In this document: positions 1 to 11,569 of the stretch, one piece after another
Numbering within the stretch: the stretch's first letter is position 1
Layout: every line of letters begins with the position of its first letter
Assembly: GCF_004010195.1 (NCBI RefSeq)
Contig: NC_057752.1
Coordinates: 1,664,487-1,705,495 of the forward strand
Direction: 5' to 3'
DNA length: 41,009 bases
Source of the DNA: Chiloscyllium plagiosum
Lineage: Eukaryota
The notes under the pieces: generated by a model
What the model saw: only the letters and a program-made list of their open reading frames with translations
The model's database searches: none
Told to the model about the DNA's origin: nothing
Program-made: the position numbers and the translations under genes

Positions 1-63
1 AGGGAGGGGGAAGTGGAGCTGAGGGAGGGGGGATGGGGGTGAGGGAGCGGGATGCAGTTGAGG

Positions 64-111
64 GATCTGGAATGAAATAACTGCCGATGTGAACCGGGGA
101 TCTGGTAAGAC
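64..111 (+). pseudogene. Duplicated fragment of the integrin exon/donor at 2100-2147 (pseudo-exon relic)
   Basis: 44/48 nt identical to 2100-2147 including the tg|gtaagac donor. TTA to TGA creates an in-frame stop. Confidence 0.85.
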
Positions 112-184
112 CTGCCGAAGCATGTGGAAAACCTGTCCGTGTTTCCCTTGTCCTGCTGAACCGTGTGTGCCCTTGTGCTCTCAG

Positions 185-312
185 ATAATCGAAGGTGAAA
201 CGGTCGGCGTGACAAAATTTGGCTACTCCATCGCTGGGGGACTCGACGTTGATGATAACTTTTACCCCGATATGGTGGTTGGCTCACTCTCCGACTCGGC
301 GGTTCTGTTCAG
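185..312 (+). CDS. ITGA6-like: Integrin alpha-6/7-like internal exon (last FG-GAP repeat, Ca-binding loop)
   Basis: ctctcag| acceptor, |gtgagg donor. Encodes [43 protein letters not shown] with FG..GLDxDxNxYPDxxVG motif. 128 nt, ends phase 2. Confidence 0.95.
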
Positions 313-765
313 GTGAGGTCTCAGGGAGGATTCCTTCACCCACAGGATAGCTCGGCGAGCTGCACTGATGGAAGAAATGGCCGGATGCTGTCAGTGCAGG
401 GTCAGTATTTGGCAAGGGGGAGGGTCCCGAAAGCTGCAGTGACACCTTCTCTGAAGTGCATTTTGTGCCCAGAGAGTGGGGAGGGGTATTACTCTTGGGA
501 TAAGACGTTCATTGAGCTGTTACAATGTGCAAAGTGTGATTTTACAAGGATCTAACTATGATGGGTCACTTTCTTTGGTATTTGCCTCTCTTTTATGACA
601 CCCAATGTCATGGAGTAAATGAGTCATTACGGCTGTAATGGAGGAAGATTTTCACCGTCTGAAAGGACCTATTGGTCAAACGCAGACAATACATCCTGCC
701 CTTCCAACCAATGGGATGGGTGCCATATTGCCAAATTGCTGGGGGAGAGGGCTCTTTAGAACAAA

Positions 766-927
766 GAGCAGGAACATCGACATTTCAGGGAAAAGCCCTT
801 CATCATTCCTGATAAAGGGCTTTTGCCCAAAACGTCGATTCTCCTGCTCCTCGGATGCTGCCTGACCTGCTGTGCTTTTCCAGCACCACACTCTCGACTC
901 TGATCTCCAGCATCTGCGGACCTCTCC
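766..927. mobile_element. Short palindromic Penelope-like element, degenerate hammerheads
   Basis: Arms 766-805 and 810-849 are inverted. The + core reads ctgatAa-a-gggcttttgccc-Aaaacgtc. Tail shared with copies at about 3800, 17530 and 18040. Confidence 0.75.
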
Positions 928-984
928 TAGTTACTGGTGAGATATATGCAATTGCTCAATACTATAGCATCAAGCTACTTTACA

Positions 985-1330
985 ATACAATAGAGCACAG
1001 GACCAGGCCATTCGGCCCACCAAGCCTGCACTGATTTCCAGTGGAAACAATCCGAGTTTCTCCACCCTCTCCTCGGAACTAAAGCCCTGCAGACCAGGCA
1101 ACGTCCTGGTATACCTTCTTGGCGCCCTCACCAAAGCATCCAAGTCCTTCTGGTTGTGCGGCGCCCAGAACTGCCCGCAGTTTCCCCAATGTGGCCTAAC
1201 TGAAGTTTGATACAGCTGTAACATAACTTGCCGATGTTTATATTTGGTGGCCCAGTTAATGAAGGCAAGCATGCTGTGTGCCTTCCTGACCACCTTTATC
1301 CACCTGTACTGCCAGTTTCAGGGCTCTGTG
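985..1330 (-). mobile_element. CR1-clade LINE 3' fragment
   Basis: Minus frame AHSMLAFI...MLQLYQTSVRPH...QFWAP...LGLFPLE, a decayed ORF2 C-terminus. Confidence 0.82.
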
Positions 1331-1630
1331 GGTCTGTCCTCCCAGATTCCTTTTTATAAATACCCCACTTGTAACATTGCAGTCACACTCGAGGGGTACG
1401 CCGCTCTAACTCTTCCCCTGGCTTGGAGAGGGGGCTACGAAAGATATGAAAAATGTCTTCCTGGTGCATAAACCACCAGGGCATATCCAAGAGCATCATT
1501 TTAAGCCACTAAAACATAGGTGGTTACTTGTACAAAAGTAAAGCCTCACTGACGCCAGAGATCTGGAATAAGAGGGTCCTGGAAATGTTCCGCAGTTCAA
1601 GCAGCACTTGTGGAGAGAGAAGCCAAGTTG

Positions 1631-1915
1631 GGGCGGCACGGTGGCTCAATGGTTAGCACTGCTGCCTCACAGCACCAGGTACCCCGGTTCAATTCCAGCC
1701 TCGGGCAACTGTCTGGGTGGAGTTTGCACATTCTCCCTGTGGGTTTGCTCTGGTTTCTTCCCACGGGCCTAAGATGTGCAGGCGAGATGAATTGGCCATG
1801 CTAAATTGCCCACAGTATTCAGGGATGTGTCGGCTAGGTGCATTAGTCAGAGGTAATGTGGAGCAATTGGGGTAGGGGAGTGGGTTACTGATCGGAGGGT
1901 GCGTTTCCACACTGT
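1631..1915 (+). mobile_element. HE1-type tRNA-derived SINE
   Basis: A box tggctcaatgg, B box ggttcaattcc, body gtggagtttgcacattctccc...taaattgccc, tail gtttccacactgt. Six related copies in the window. Confidence 0.85.
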
Positions 1916-2044
1916 TGTGATGAACATTTGCACTGAGTGCCAATCGGGTTAAACAAGGCACAGTCGAGAGGTTCTGACTGGAACATAAAATAATGCACGT
2001 TGGTGTCGCCACATCATTTTATAAATCTTTGTCTTTTTCCTCAG

Positions 2045-2140
2045 AGCTTGTCCTGTCATTAATGTGACGAAACAGGTTTACATCAAGCCCCAGCCAATTG
2101 ATCTGGAATTAAACAACTGCAGACGTGAACCGGGGATCTG
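2045..2140 (+). CDS. ITGA6-like: Integrin alpha-6/7-like exon (start of thigh domain)
   Basis: ttttcctcag| ... |gtaaga. Encodes (R)ACPVINVTKQVYIKPQPIDLELNNCRREPGI(C), similar to ITGA6 RSRPVINI...IDL. 96 nt, phase 2 to 2. Confidence 0.93.
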
Positions 2141-2409
2141 GTAAGACATGACTGTGAAAGGACAATGGAACCGAGAAAGCACGTTCCCTGAATTCAGGGG
2201 ACTCACAATCAGACACCTCTTTGACCAAGACCTTCTGTATCCCGGGTTTGCTGTCTGACTAGAGATCACTACAAACAGATCATGAAAGACAGAACATTGA
2301 CCTGATGGGAATCTTTACAATTTTGAAAGGCTAGGCATGGACTAGGGCTCTTCTATTGTTAGGAGAGACCAGAATTAGAGACCATAAGTATCACCAACAT
2401 CCATTCCCT

Positions 2410-2745
2410 CCCCATCTACAAGGTGTGCACCATCTACAAGGTGCACAGCAGAAACACCCCAAGGATGCTCAGACAGCACCTTCCAAACCCACGACACTTC
2501 CATCTCGAAGGACAAGGGCAGCAGATACAGGGGAACACCCCCCCCCCCCCCCGAAGTTCCCCTCCAAGTCACTCCCCATCCTGACTTGGAAATCTATCAC
2601 TATTCCGTCAGTGTCGCTGGGTCAAAATCCTGGAATTCCCTGCCTAGGGGCATTGTGGGTTAACCCACAGCAGGTGGACCCGCAGCAGTTCACCCCCACC
2701 TTCTCAAGGGGCAACTAGGGACAGGGCAATAAAATCTGGGCCCAG
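2410..2745 (+). mobile_element. L2-like LINE 3' end
   Basis: catcctgacttggaaat...gctgggtcaaaatcctggaattccct (decayed ..AGSKSWNSLP) then caaggggcaactaggga...gggcaataaa tail. Related to 27325-27475. Confidence 0.6.
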
Positions 2746-2749
2746 TGTT

Positions 2750-3345
2750 TTTATTTCGGGGCAATGAGGTATAAGAGAAAGAAGGTTCTACGAAGATTAT
2801 GCAAGGCATTAGTCAGACCACGGGTGGAATACTGTCAAAGGGCCCCTTATCTAAGGCAAGATAGACTGGTATTGGAGACAGTCCAGGAAAGGTTCACTCA
2901 GCTGATAGCAGGTACAGAGGGACTGTCTTATAAGGAGAGATTGAGTAGGTTGGGCCTGTACTCATTGGAGTTGTGAAGAATGAGAGATGACCTGATTAAA
3001 ACAGACAATATTCTTACGGGGCTTGACAGGGGAGATGTGGAGAGGTAGAGTCGAGGGTCAGAGGGCACCACCTCAGAATCAGGGCTCGCACATTTTAGCC
3101 AGAGATGTGGAGGAATGTCTTCACTCTGAGGGTGGTGAATCTGTGGAATTCTTTACCACAGAGGGCTGCCGAGGCTGGGGCATTCCATGTATTCAAGGCT
3201 GGGATCGGCAGGTTTTTAATCAGGGAAGGGAATGGAGGAGTTATGGAGGGAAAGGCGGGAAATTGGAGATGAGGATGATCAGATCAGCCGTGGATAGCAG
3301 GGTGAACTCAATGGGCTGAATGGCCTCTTTCTGTTCTTGTGTCTC
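2750..3345 (+). mobile_element. CR1-clade LINE 3' fragment
   Basis: LCKALVRPRVEYC...VQERFTQLI.G.EGLSYKERLSRLGLYSLE plus 3' tail gggctgaatggcct. Confidence 0.85.
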
Positions 3346-3800
3346 ATGGTCATATTATGGTCAGTGCAAGTGCAGAGATGTCTGGATGTTGCCATTGGTG
3401 CTACAGTGAGCGCGTGCGCAAATTCTGCAGTAGTGGGAGTGAGGGGCGTACAATTCACGCGGAATGTTTTTTTGCACGCTGCCAAGCTTGCCGTCTTATA
3501 GAGGAGGGGCTTGTCGGCACTTTAACCCTGAACATACGCATTCACCTGGTTACTGCTAGCGTTAACAGGCCTTGAAATGCCAGGCGTCAACCACTTCCGA
3601 AGACGTTGCTTGGCGTGGGCGTGCTTTGAGTCCTTCAGCTTTCTGGCTGTGCTGACAGCTGATTGATTACAACGCTAGGCCCCAGCGAGAGTGTGGAGCA
3701 TCCATCAGCTCTGACAAGGCCAGCAAGAGGAAGAAGGTGTGACACACTGATACAATCCGGCACACAGGGCGTATTGTCGCCTGACACCACTCTGTTAGGC

Positions 3801-3900
3801 CGACTCTCCTGCTCCTCGGATGCTGCCTGACCTGCTGTGCTTTTCCAGCACCACACTCTCAACTCTAATCTCCAGCATCTGCCGACCTCACTGTCTCCCA
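3801..3900 (+). mobile_element. Penelope-like element tail fragment
   Basis: Near-identical to 836-925 (ctcctgctcctcggatgctgcctgacctgctgtgcttttccagc). Confidence 0.7.
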
Positions 3901-6189
3901 GCACCACTCCCAGAATCACTGAAGCATGATATGGTGGGAGCCTGAGGCAACGCAGTGACACCGTGTCGTCTGCTCAGTGAGAAACGCTCAGCACAATCTA
4001 ACACCTCTGTCAAAGCCATTGTAGGCCTCACACGTTGTGGAGTCTCCTGGCCTCGCTTTCTGACTCCGTTAATGTATCAAGGAGATACAGGGTTTTTTTT
4101 GACAAACTTTCCAGCAACCAAAAACCACCGCAAACAGCAGGAGAGGCCAGCACCACTCACCCGATCAGCCGCCCTGGGCTGGGGTCGCACAGTGCACCCA
4201 GATTGGCATGCAGCTTGTTGGGTACAATCCAGTTTCCCTGCGAGAACTGCAAAGAGGTTTGTGCTGCCAGTGTACAACTGGTCGGTGGCTGGTGAAGCAG
4301 AACAGGTGAATGCCCACCTTTTCCCTGCACAACTCTTCAGTTTCATACAATCATCCGGGCCCACCCTTACGGGCAAAGGAGTAGGAAGCCGAGGGTGCCC
4401 TGTGGGTATGACTTCGTTCTGCCAAGCGGTGATGGCGGGAAAGTGAGATTGTGCCCTGAGCAGAACGATCCTTGACCCCGCAGTTGAGGTCCCGAATGGG
4501 CACGGTGGATGTGTCAGGGTCCTGCAAGTTGGGCTGGCAAACTGGCCTCACGATGGCAGTAGAAGGAGCCAATGCCAACATTAGAGGGCACAAAATGATC
4601 CGCCAAGCCACCCATGCCGCATGGAAGACTGCCACGCTGGGCCGTAATTCAAAATGGCTCCATGCGGTGACATCACAAAAATGGCAGCCCACATCTAGAA
4701 TTGTACTGTCCTGAAACTCCAGTGCCTCATGCAGTTTCGCAAATGCGGCCGGTTTCCACATTCTGCTGTGGTCCCTGTCTTATTCCATCCAGAGTGTGCT
4801 GTTAAGATCGAATGTAACTGAATTGAAACCTCTCTGCTGCAAACGCCCTCCACGTTCTGGGGTGTGAATGTTGTCTGGGTGATTCAGGACGGATTATTAA
4901 TGAGTGCTGTTGACACCGAGCCTGTTGATGTCTCCTCAGGAACTGCGTTCAGGAAGGAGTGAGCGTGCGCTGGCCAGACAGCTGGCCAATTGATATGTGG
5001 CTGCAACAGGCAGGCCACGTCTTCGGAACAGTCCCTCGTAGATTTATCTCTGAGCTAAACTTTGGGCACAGGTTTCTTGAATCCCTGCCTCAAATCAGCC
5101 TCTAAATTGGCACTGACCGCTGACACGGGTGACCCACTCTGAAAGTGCTGCTCCGAGAGCAGTCTGGCTCTGTCAGGAGTCACGGTCAAGCCTGGGGCAA
5201 GATACTGCATACTGGTCAAGTCAGGCCTACTACCTCTACCACCGCTGTGCTTTGACTTATTGGAGGCCACTATGACTCAAAGGCCCCTGGATGCCTCTTT
5301 GCTCCCTTTCTGCGTTTCTGAAATAAAAAAAAGACGTTCAAATGCTGCCTCAGTTTCACCAAACTGCCAGCTGTGAAATGTTCTGAATGCTGTTCCTTGG
5401 GGACAGTGTGCGCCAGTGTAACAGTAGAATCACCTCAGGAGACTCGAGAAGGATTCGGTTTGCCATGGGATGAGGAGAGGCCTTTGAGCTTGCTGTCCCT
5501 CGCTCCGCGTCAACGCTTTCCTTGCCAGTTTGAAGCAAAGGCCCCCTCCTCATACATGGCCATCCCAGTCAGCTGGTAAGCCCACGTGAAGCTGTTTGAG
5601 CTGCAGCTCTCACAGAGAGTATCCCAGTCATCTTTTGTCCTGGTTCTGAATACCACTCCTGTTCAAGGTACTAGATGTGCATATTGTTTGAACTGTATAC
5701 TGTTATTTTCAGAGTTTATGAAATCTAACATCTTCTTCCTTCTAGCATTTCAGATCGTGCAGGTTGAAGCCTGAAGCCTGGCCAAATCCTTTCTCCCCTT
5801 GCATGTTGCATCAGGAGCTTTTCCAGCCTGAGAGTACAGAGGGCGGGGGAAGGCATGTCATTATTTCTGTCAATGCTGATTGTCCTCTATTCTTAACTCC
5901 GCCACAAGTCAGTGCCTGACCATCACACGGTCTTGTCTTGACCTTGCAACAGCAGGGGCTGCAGATTGAGCAGGCACATACAGTGGACATGACAGTAGCA
6001 GGTCGGTGGGGAACGCAGGAATCAATGTTATAGGCTCACACAGGTCACTGTCACAGCTGTCCACTGTGTGAGCGTTTGCTGCAGCTCCAGGCAGTGGGAA
6101 AGGGACAGGGGAAAGAGCATTCCTACTGACACTTGGAGAACCAAGTTCATGAAGCTCAGAACCGGGAAGGGGGGCAGGGGGAAGGGGGG

Positions 6190-6445
6190 GGTGGTCACAG
6201 TCTTAGGATACAGGGTAAACTATTTAGGACTGTGATGAGGAGAAATATCTTCACCAGAGACTGGGGAATTCTCTGCCATAGAAAACATTGAATGTTTTCA
6301 ATAAAGAATTCTTCGGGCTAAAGGGATCAAAGGCTATGGAGAGGAAATGGGAGCAGGGGACTGAGTTGGATGATCAACCATGACCATATTGAGTGGCAGA
6401 ACAGGCTCAAAGGATCAAATGGCCAATTCCTGGTCCTATTTTTGA
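6190..6445 (+). mobile_element. CR1-clade LINE 3' tail
   Basis: Similar to 33230-33380 (gggctaaagg...gagttggatgatca...aatggcc). Confidence 0.7.
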
Positions 6446-6842
6446 CATTTCAAGAAGCAATCTTTACTGGCTGGGGGGGTCTCAGAAAGAAGGGAAACGT
6501 GATTTGTTTTTGGGAAGGGGTGTGCTGGCAACCTCATGTTGCTAGTGCATGTTGGGAAATAGTAAGGGCATTAACCATGACTTGGACAATACCTCCCCAA
6601 CAAATGGACAAAAAGTATATTAGTCTAATACGCAGTCAAAATATGAGTTAAGCCATCAAATCCATTGATCCACAGCGCATTGCAAGACCTGCATGGCTTT
6701 CCAAATATATTGTATGCTCTCCTTCCCCAATATCTGTTAAAATTTGGTGTCACCTGCCAACTCCCAAGGATTCACAGTGTTAATGGTTATATTTCCATGG
6801 TTGTTTTAAGTTCTAATTTACCGTGTCTTTTCTATCCCACAG

Positions 6843-6904
6843 TATTGATGTCAGGGCCTGCTTCCTTTACAGATCGAAGCCTGGATCCTACAACCCCAGG
6901 ATTG
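6843..6904 (+). CDS. ITGA6-like: Integrin alpha-6/7-like exon (thigh)
   Basis: tatcccacag| ... |gtaagt. Encodes (C)IDVRACFLYRSKPGSYNPRI. 62 nt, phase 2 to 1. Confidence 0.92.
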
Positions 6905-7284
6905 GTAAGTTCAACCACAGAATGGCCCGTATTGTCCCCGTGGCTTTTAAGAAAAAACAAAGGGGTGATGGGAAGGTCATGATGCTTGAACTTGTGTGGA
7001 AACAGAGCGCGAAATGGGATTGGCTGAGCGTTGAACAATTGGCGCAATCCGTTGATTTTCGATGTGGTAGAGTGGCCAAAGCTTGTCCTTGAGTGAAAGG
7101 TTGTTGAGGTCAGTTGGTTTTTGAATTTCTCCTGTGTACAATATATTAAACAAACATGTGATCCAAACAATGGGTGTAACAGCGAAAGAATGTGCATTGA
7201 AAGAGCTCTTTGTTGCATCTCTATTGTGTAAAATGTCCCAAAATCCATCTGGTGGTAGTGATTGCTTCGAAGTGTTGGAACTGC

Positions 7285-7620
7285 TCTTATGTTGGCAAAT
7301 GCAGCAACTGAACTGCGCACAGCAAGATCCCGCAAACTGCAATAAACAGCAAATGGCCAGTTGAGGTACTTTGGGCGAGGGCAAATGCTGGCCCAGACTC
7401 TCAGCTCTTTGTGACCTCCACAGTGTTGTCTTTACCAGCCACCTGAATGCTTGGGGCCTTGACTTGGCGTCCCATCTGAAGGGGTCTCCCCAGACGATGC
7501 ACCGCTGCTCTGGGAGTGACCCCTGAAACTGCCGGGTCAGATTGCATGGTGGTACTCTGTGGAGGGATTTTGAACTTACAGCATTCTCACTCTGAGGAGA
7601 GAGAGAGGTGCCAAGCTGTT
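7285..7620 (-). mobile_element. Deu-SINE-like relic (SacSINE1-type)
   Basis: gcacagcaagatccc.caaac.gca motif shared with about 11280, 8460 and 19920. Family assignment is from recalled consensus. Confidence 0.5.
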
Positions 7621-8674
7621 GGGAACAGGTGCCTTTTATGCAGACAGCTGGTAGACCAGATGACACCTCAACTCTTGAGATACCAACCGCAGCCCCCTTC
7701 CCCCAAACCTCCTCACCCATAGCTGGGAACTACAGAGCCTGATGTAGTGAGTGGGATCTCGCTGAGGATCTGTGCTTCATGTCATCTTTGCCACCTACTG
7801 GGGGCACAGCCAGCAGAAATGAGCTACTGTGCTGGAAACAACATTATCCTGTATTTCCAGTGATCTTTTCATGCTTGTTGGATTCCACAAGATGGGAGCT
7901 TGTAATCGCTGGGATCCAGTGATTTGTGTCACTTGTGGTCTCGCGTTCCAGTTGTATTTTTGCATTGAGAAGTAAACGTGGCAGATGGGTAGATCTGAAG
8001 GACTCGCTCAATCTCCATTCAGATCACTTGCGATCACCACTCATACTGAACAAGATTGGCATTGCACTGAGACCTGTGCCAAAGCCAGGGTTGGCAAATG
8101 GGACCAAGTCTTTCGAAGCAATCGCGCTGACGTTTGGAATCGGCCCGACCCAGATGTGTGGCTGAATTTCCAGCTCCTTGAGGTGCTGCCTGTTTTTAAG
8201 CATTGGCGAAAATACAGGAAGAATTGGCGCCAAATAAGCAGCATCACAGACAAATGTAGCTTGAAAACACAGCCTTATCTCATTCGCACCTTGCGGGGCT
8301 GATGCCTGTGTGTAGACAGTGACGCATTTCGCTTCCTTGCTTTCAACACGTGACTCTCAAAATGGTCGCTTTGCATTCCTGCCCCGCCTCATGTCTCAAA
8401 GCTTTTAACATACAGCCACGTTCTGCCCACTCCTGCAAGCAAATGTGGTGGCTTGTTTGCGCATGGGAAGATCCCACGGCACTGTCTTAAGGAGCAAAAA
8501 GACCTCCCTGCTCTTCCCAATCCAAGTGGCAAGGACTATCTTTATATCCATCGAAATGAGCTGAACAGGCGATAGTTTAGTGTCTGATCTGAGGGATAAG
8601 CATTCTGACAACACACGATATCAGAGCGTCCCTCAAAGATGCAGGCTGCATCCCTGGAGTGGGGGTGGCAGGAG

Positions 8675-8885
8675 GCTGTGGCATAACTGTAATGTCACCG
8701 GGCATGGGTTCGAATCCCACCATGGCAGATAGTATCTAGGATGAAAGGCCGGCCTCATGATCAGCATGTAACCATTGTCAACTGTTGTAAAAACCCATCT
8801 GTTCATGAGTGGCCCTGACGGAGGGGAACCTGCTGTCCTCACCCAGTCTGGTCAGGATATGACTCCAGACCCACAGAACTGCCAC
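8675..8885 (+). mobile_element. tRNA-headed SINE, partial (same family as 11570)
   Basis: gggttcgaatcccacc...gactccagacccacag. Confidence 0.6.
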
Positions 8886-9459
8886 AAATAAACACTTGCC
8901 TTTAGCCAGTCACATCCAAGACTCCTGGCTTGACGTGAACAGGAGTCTGCAGAATCGGCCACTCGGTCCTCTTCTCTATCTAGGGGATAGCAGAGACAGT
9001 CTGACAGAGCTGCCCCCTCCATGCACTGTCTGTCACCTTTGCAGAGAAAGCACTTTTCAATTGAGTGTTTCTTTTAACATTTGAAAGCTCCTGTTTCTGA
9101 ATGTGAACCAATGTTACAAATTATTTGAAGGATTCAACATGCAAATGTTTGCTCATGTTTACGAACCGATATTTGATACCACATTGTGTTCGGATTTGGG
9201 GAAAAACCGGACTGATGAATACAGTCAGGGACAGAACCTGTTTGTAACCCAGGGGCAGCCTGCAGTTATTCCTATTCATGTGTAATTTCATTTTTCAAAT
9301 AAAACATCACATTTTTCAAAGACAGTATACAAAAAAGCCAGTATTGCAGGAAGCATTGAGAAGCCGTTGATCTCAAAATCACGATTGACCAGGGTGTCTG
9401 GTTGGGTTCAGAGCTGGACGCTGACATATTTCCCATTGTCTGACCTTTGTCCTTCACAG

Positions 9460-9635
9460 TTCTTGGCTTTGTACTTGACGCCGATTCAGTTGAGGTGGAT
9501 GGCCAACGCAAAAGGCCTCCCCGGGTCTCCTTCCAGAGAAGGAGACCGAGTGACCCTGAGAACCAATACAGCGGAGAGGTAGTCCTGCGGAGGCAAACCG
9601 AATCCAGCTGTATCAACGTTACCATGAAACTACAG
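9460..9635 (+). CDS. ITGA6-like: Integrin alpha-6/7-like exon (thigh)
   Basis: ccttcacag| ... |gtacgg. Encodes (V)LGFVLDADSVEVDGQRKRPPRVSF...SGEVVLRRQTESSCINVTMKLQ. 176 nt, phase 1 to 0. Confidence 0.93.
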
Positions 9636-9709
9636 GTACGGCGAGAGGTCGCGGGCAGCTCGCACTCACAAACAGCCAAAAGGGAAAGGGATTCCAGGTT
9701 TCCCTCATA

Positions 9710-10477
9710 GTGGGTACACAGGGCACAGGGCTGTTTGTGTCTGATGGTGGGTACACAGGGTATGGTGCTGTTTGTGTGTGATGGTGGGTACACAGGGCGT
9801 GGTGCTGTTTGTGTCTGATGGTGGGTACACAGGGTATGGTGCTGTTTGTGTCTGATGGTGGGTACACAGGGTATGGTGCTGTTTGTGTCTGATGGTGGGT
9901 ACACAGGGCGTGGTGCTGTTTGTGTCTGATGGTGGGTACACAGGGCACGGTTCTGTTTGTGTCTGATGGTGGGTACACAGGGCATGGTGCAGTTTGTGTC
10001 TGATGGTGGGTACACAGGGCATGGTGCTGTTTGTGTCAGATGGTGGGTACACAGGGCACGGTTCTGTTTGTGTCTGATGGTGGGTACACAGGGCACAGTT
10101 CTGTTTGTGTCTGATGGTGGGTACACAGGGCATGGTGCTGTTTGTGTATGATGGTGGGTACACAGGGCGTGGAGCTGTTTGTGTCTGATGGTGGGTACAC
10201 AGGGCACGGTGCAGTTTGTGTCTGATGGTGGGTACACAAGGCGTGGAGCTGTTTGTGTCTGATGGTGGGTACACAGGGCGCGGTGCTGTTTGTGTCTGAT
10301 GGTGGGTACACAGGGCATGGTGCTGTTTGTGTATGATGGTGGGTACACAGGGCGTGGTGCTGATTGTGTCTGATGGTGGGTACACAGGGCGTGGTGCTGA
10401 TTGTGTCTGATGGTGGGTACACAGGGCGCGATGCTGATTGTGTCTGATGGTGGGTACACAGGGCGTGATGCTGATTG
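9710..10477. repeat. 37-bp minisatellite, about 21 copies
   Basis: Unit tgatggtgggtacacagggc(a/g)tggtgctgtttgtgtc. tgggtacaca recurs from 9711 to 10451, exactly 20 x 37. Confidence 0.97.
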
Positions 10478-10496
10478 CCGCTGCTTTGTTTGACAG

Positions 10497-10646
10497 GAGA
10501 ACCTGCGGGATAAACTGCGGCCCATCCCGGTGACATTGACCTACGTGATCAAGGAGGTGAAGCGCAAAAAGAAGCAGGTGGAGAGGCAGCTGACTCACCT
10601 GATGCCTGTCTTAAATGCTCAGGACTCAAACGTACACAGAGAAGAG
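10497..10646 (+). CDS. ITGA6-like: Integrin alpha-6/7-like exon (thigh)
   Basis: tttgacag| ... |gtaagc. Encodes ENLRDKLRPIPVTLTYVIKEVKRKKKQVERQLTHLMPVLNAQDSNVHREE; RDKLRPIP matches ITGA6. 150 nt, phase 0. Confidence 0.95.
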
Positions 10647-11032
10647 GTAAGCGTGGCCAGTTCCTCCCCGCAGTTTCTCACGTGGCCAGGAATAAGTTGG
10701 AAAGTCACTGCGCAGTCAGAAGTCAGTGAGTCACATTCACCGGTTTTGCCTGCGCCGCACTTGGGCCGATTTTGGCGCCAGTGGTTAATGAGGGGAATGT
10801 TTGTGTTCTCTACCTTGCTCATAATTGGGCTTTTGACCAATCAGACAACTGGCCTCTGTGTGGAATGGGAGACTTGAGTTTTTTTTTTCTTTTTTTTCTT
10901 TTTTCTTCCCCCACACTACAACCTAAGTGTGGTAGTGCTTATTTTTTTGTCACCCCTTTTTTTTTTTTCTCCACACTCCCCTTTTTTCTTTTTAACCCCC
11001 ACGCTACCACCTAAGTGAGTTTTCTCGTCAGA

Positions 11033-11165
11033 AGTCACATGACACCAGGTTATCGTCAAACCGATTTGTTTGGAATCACTCGCTTTCAGAGTGCTGCTCC
11101 CTTCATCAGGTGACGGTTTCTTCCATCTTTGACCAGTCCACTCCAACCCCAGCCCCTCCACATTA
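11033..11165 (-). mobile_element. Penelope-like relic of a second family with degenerate hammerhead
   Basis: Minus strand 11113-11076 reads tcac-ctgatga-a-gggagcagcactct-gaaa-gcga-gtga. Flank is related to 14445-14545 and 28128-28283. Confidence 0.6.
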
Positions 11166-11239
11166 TCCGTTTTCTCTCACCTTTTCTGACCCCCACGCAT
11201 CCTAACTCATTTTCCAGCCGACAACGCCCTTTTCAAGTC

Positions 11240-11530
11240 CGGTGCCTGTTGTGATGTTGGAAACACAGCTGCCTGTGCGCACACAGCAAGATCCCACAAA
11301 CAGCATTGAGAGAATGAGCTGAGAATGTTTTGTTTGGGGATAATGTTGAGGGATGACCAGACACTTGGGAGAATTAGTCTACTCCTCTGTGAAAACTACC
11401 ACCAGATCTTTTCCTGAGAGGGCACACTCTGTTAAACATCTTGTCCAAAGGACAGTTCCTCGAACAGTTCCGCACTGCCTTCATTCTGCACAGGGACAAT
11501 CGGCTTTGACTTTTGTGCTGTGCAGTGGGT
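11240..11530 (-). mobile_element. Deu-SINE-like relic
   Basis: gcacacagcaagatcccacaaacagca...cctgagagggca...ttaaacatct...aaaggacag. Confidence 0.55.
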
Positions 11531-11569
11531 CGGGGGGGGCTTCACTCCCTGTTATGGAAACTGTGACAT

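Noticed and set aside
1631..1705. tRNA-like sequence with A and B boxes (also 21369, 36868, 11620)
   Set aside because: SINE heads followed by SINE bodies. No complete cloverleaf.
6977..7720. 247-aa minus-strand ORF
   Set aside because: Overlaps a decayed SINE in an integrin intron and has no recognisable domain.
9272..10598. Long minus-strand repetitive ORFs (417, 297 and 166 aa) and a CRISPR-like periodic look
   Set aside because: They are translations of the 37-bp minisatellite, cycling through the same three peptides. Units abut with no unique spacers, there are no cas genes, and the context is a vertebrate intron.
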